Part shown: positions 61,800-64,000 of the stretch, piece by piece | Position numbering within the stretch: the first letter of the stretch is position 1 | How the letters are laid out: every line of letters begins with the position of its first letter | NCBI GenBank assembly: GCA_965223505.1 | Contig: CBDCWP010000013.1 | Location: 96,001-160,000 of the forward strand | DNA length: 64,000 bases | Reading direction: 5' to 3' | DNA from: Planctomycetota bacterium | GTDB taxonomy: Bacteria > Planctomycetota > PLA2 > JAEUHO01 | Notes under the pieces: generated by a model | The model's input: only the letters and a program-made list of their open reading frames with translations | What the model was told of the DNA's origin: nothing | Databases searched by the model: none | Made by a program: the position numbers and the translations under genes

Positions 61800-64000
61800 A
61801 ACAAGATCCCGAACCGCTTCCCCATGCGCCGCCTGAGGCTGTGCAGCGCGCGCAACAAGAGCGTCTGTTAGAGGCGTGGAAAACGCCGGTGGGCTGGCGC
61901 TATTGGTCGGCCGTGAACAACTCCGAAGTCGGACTCTGGTACACCACGACGGCGTTTGTCTTTTTTCTCTTTGGCGGTTTGCTGGCGTTGCTGATGCGCA
62001 CGCAGCTTGCCGTCCCAGGAAACACCTTTCTCTCCGCCGATTTGTATAACCAGATCTTTACCTTGCACGGCTCGGTCATGATGTTTTTATTCGCCATCCC
62101 GATCTTTGAAGCCTTTTCCATCATGGTGCTGCCGGAAATGCTTGGCGCTCGCGATCTCCCTTTTCCGCGCCTTTCCGCCTTCGGATTTTGGAGCTTTCTG
62201 CTTGGCGGCATTTTTGTCTGCGGCTCGATTTTCTTTAACGCTGCGCCCAAAGGCGGCTGGTTTATGTATCCGCCGCTCACCACCACGTATCAGCCCGGCG
62301 TCGGCGCCGACATCTGGCTCCTTGGCCTGTCCTTTATCGAAGTGGCCTCGATTGCCGCAGCGGTCGAACTCATCGTCGGGGTGCTCAAATGCCGGCCTCC
62401 GGGTATGCGAATCAATCTCATTCCGCTCTATTCCTGGTACATCTTAGTGACCGCCGGCATGATCTTGTTCGCCTTCCCACCGCTCATCGCCGGCGATATT
62501 TTGCTCGAACTTGAACGCCTGCTGCACTGGCCTTTTTTCGACCCGGCCCGAGGCGGCGACCCGCTGCTCTGGCAGCATCTCTTTTGGATCTTTGGCCATC
62601 CCGAGGTCTACATTATCTTTTTGCCCTCCGTCGCTTTGATCGCGATGATCGTGCCCACCTTCGCCCGCACCCCCATCGTGGGGTATGGATGGATTGTCCT
62701 GGCCGCCGTCGGCACCGGCTTTTTGAGCTTTGGCCTGTGGGTGCACCACATGTTCACCACGGGTTTGCCCGGCGTTTCGCTCGGCTTTTTTTCCGCCGCT
62801 TCCGAGGCTGTAGCCATTCCCACAGGCGTGCAGTTTTTCTGCTTCTTGGCCACGTTACTGGTGGGTAATGTCACTCACTCCGTGCCCATGCGCTTTGTCT
62901 TCGCCGGCCTAGCCACGTTTGTGCTCGGCGGCCTCACTGGCGTCATGGTCGCTCTGGCGCCGTTTGATTTTCAGGCCCACGACACCTATTTCGTGGTGGG
63001 CCACTTGCACTACGTGCTGATGGGCGGCACGATTTTTCCGGTGGTGGCCGGGCTGTATTACTTTTTTCCCCTTATTGGCGGTAAAAAGCTGTCGGACAAG
63101 CTCGGCCGCATCGTCTTCTGGCTCCTGTTCATTGGATTCAATGTGACGTTTTTGCCCATGCATCTCACCGGTTTGATTGGCATGACGCGGCGCGTATTTA
63201 CCTATCCCGCGGGGCTTGGCTTTGATCTCTTAAATCTCGCGTCGAGCCTGGGCGCGTTCATCTTGGCCGCCGGTTTCGCTGTGCTCGTCTGGGATATCTT
63301 CCGGCCCAAAAACAAGCAACCTTACGCCGAACGCAATCCCTGGGGGGCGGGCACGCTGGAATGGCTAGCGGAGGTTCCGGACAAACCGTGGGGCGTGCGC
63401 TCGATTCCGGAAATCGACGCCCGCTATCCGCTATGGGATCAGCCCAATTTTGTAAGAGACGTGGACGAAGGGCGCTTTTATTTGCCTGACGCCGAAGAGG
63501 GCAAACGCGAAACCTTGGTGACCACCGCCATCGACGCGCAGCCCATTCAATGTCTACGGGTGCCCGGCCCGACCTTTCTCACATTTGTCGCGGCCATGTT
63601 CACCGGCGGGGTGTTCATTTTTTCCACGTATCACTGGTGGACATTGGCCGCCATCAGCGGCGGTTTTGCGCTTGTGGCCATTCTCATCTGGCTGTGGACC
63701 GGCACCGCCTTGATGCCGGAAAAAGAGTCGAAGGACGTCGGGCTTGGCCTCACCTTGCCCCTTTACGCCTCAGGGTCGGCTTCGGTGGGTTGGTGGGCCA
63801 TGCTGATCACCATGCTTGGCGATATGACCGCCTTTATCGCGCTCGTCTTCGGCTACTTTTTTTACTGGACGGTCAACGACAATTTTCCGCCCGATTCCTC
63901 TGTCGGGCCGGGCGTCCTTTGGCCCATTGCGAGCGGCGTCTTGCTATTGGGCGCGTGGGGGCTGACGGTGTTCGCCCGGCGCTGGAACCAAAGCGATCAA
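61796..64000 (+). CDS. ctaD: Cytochrome c oxidase subunit I fused to a subunit III-like C-terminus; runs off the window
   Basis: ATGA overlap with subunit II; TLHGSVM, WIFGHPEVY, WVHHMF, HDTYFVVGHLHYV; frame stays open into SVGWWAMLITM. Confidence 0.93.
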   Translation, partial: MKQDPEPLPHAPPEAVQRAQQERLLEAWKTPVGWRYWSAVNNSEVGLWYTTTAFVFFLFGGLLALLMRTQLAVPGNTFLSADLYNQIFTLHGSVMMFLFAIPIFEAFSIMVLPEMLGARDLPFPRLSAFGFWSFLLGGIFVCGSIFFNAAPKGGWFMYPPLTTTYQPGVGADIWLLGLSFIEVASIAAAVELIVGVLKCRPPGMRINLIPLYSWYILVTAGMILFAFPPLIAGDILLELERLLHWPFFDPARGGDPLLWQHLFWIFGHPEVYIIFLPSVALIAMIVPTFARTPIVGYGWIVLAAVGTGFLSFGLWVHHMFTTGLPGVSLGFFSAASEAVAIPTGVQFFCFLATLLVGNVTHSVPMRFVFAGLATFVLGGLTGVMVALAPFDFQAHDTYFVVGHLHYVLMGGTIFPVVAGLYYFFPLIGGKKLSDKLGRIVFWLLFIGFNVTFLPMHLTGLIGMTRRVFTYPAGLGFDLLNLASSLGAFILAAGFAVLVWDIFRPKNKQPYAERNPWGAGTLEWLAEVPDKPWGVRSIPEIDARYPLWDQPNFVRDVDEGRFYLPDAEEGKRETLVTTAIDAQPIQCLRVPGPTFLTFVAAMFTGGVFIFSTYHWWTLAAISGGFALVAILIWLWTGTALMPEKESKDVGLGLTLPLYASGSASVGWWAMLITMLGDMTAFIALVFGYFFYWTVNDNFPPDSSVGPGVLWPIASGVLLLGAWGLTVFARRWNQSDQ

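Overview
High-GC bacterial chromosomal window. The gene mix (LLM/F420-type oxidoreductases, TauD dioxygenases, amidase, tandem DHA2 MFS) is compatible with a 'Ca. Entotheonella'/Tectomicrobia-like organism, but the taxonomy is inference only. The window has two halves. (1) About 1-32.5 kb: a truncated GAF/multi-PAS sensor followed by catabolic and redox enzymes and transporters. It includes an SDR gene interrupted by a 139-bp IS200/IS605-type hairpin mini-element, a stand-alone TubC-N docking-domain-like ORF, and a secreted-protein ORF with an in-frame TGA followed by a SECIS-like hairpin. (2) About 33-64 kb, after an AT-rich junction: a dense cluster of general-stress/desiccation-type genes (BON x2, AsmA, AI-2E x2, YqjD/ElaB-like, PRC-barrel, SSADH, transglutaminase, BON-MscS, DUF2252, RsbRD_N-like histidine kinase, DUF1206, DUF4112, YqaE/Pmp3, a metallothionein, caa3-type oxidase). 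The main observation is regulatory. Fourteen sigma54 (-24/-12) promoter motifs, mostly in divergent pairs, precede the stress transcription units, and five of these intergenic regions carry a tandem TCTCA-N3-TGAGA palindrome pair at exactly 21-bp spacing. This suggests a sigma54/enhancer-binding-protein-controlled general stress regulon whose activator is not in the window. Several single-base frameshifts in short homopolymers look like sequencing or assembly errors. No rRNA, tRNA or CRISPR array was seen.
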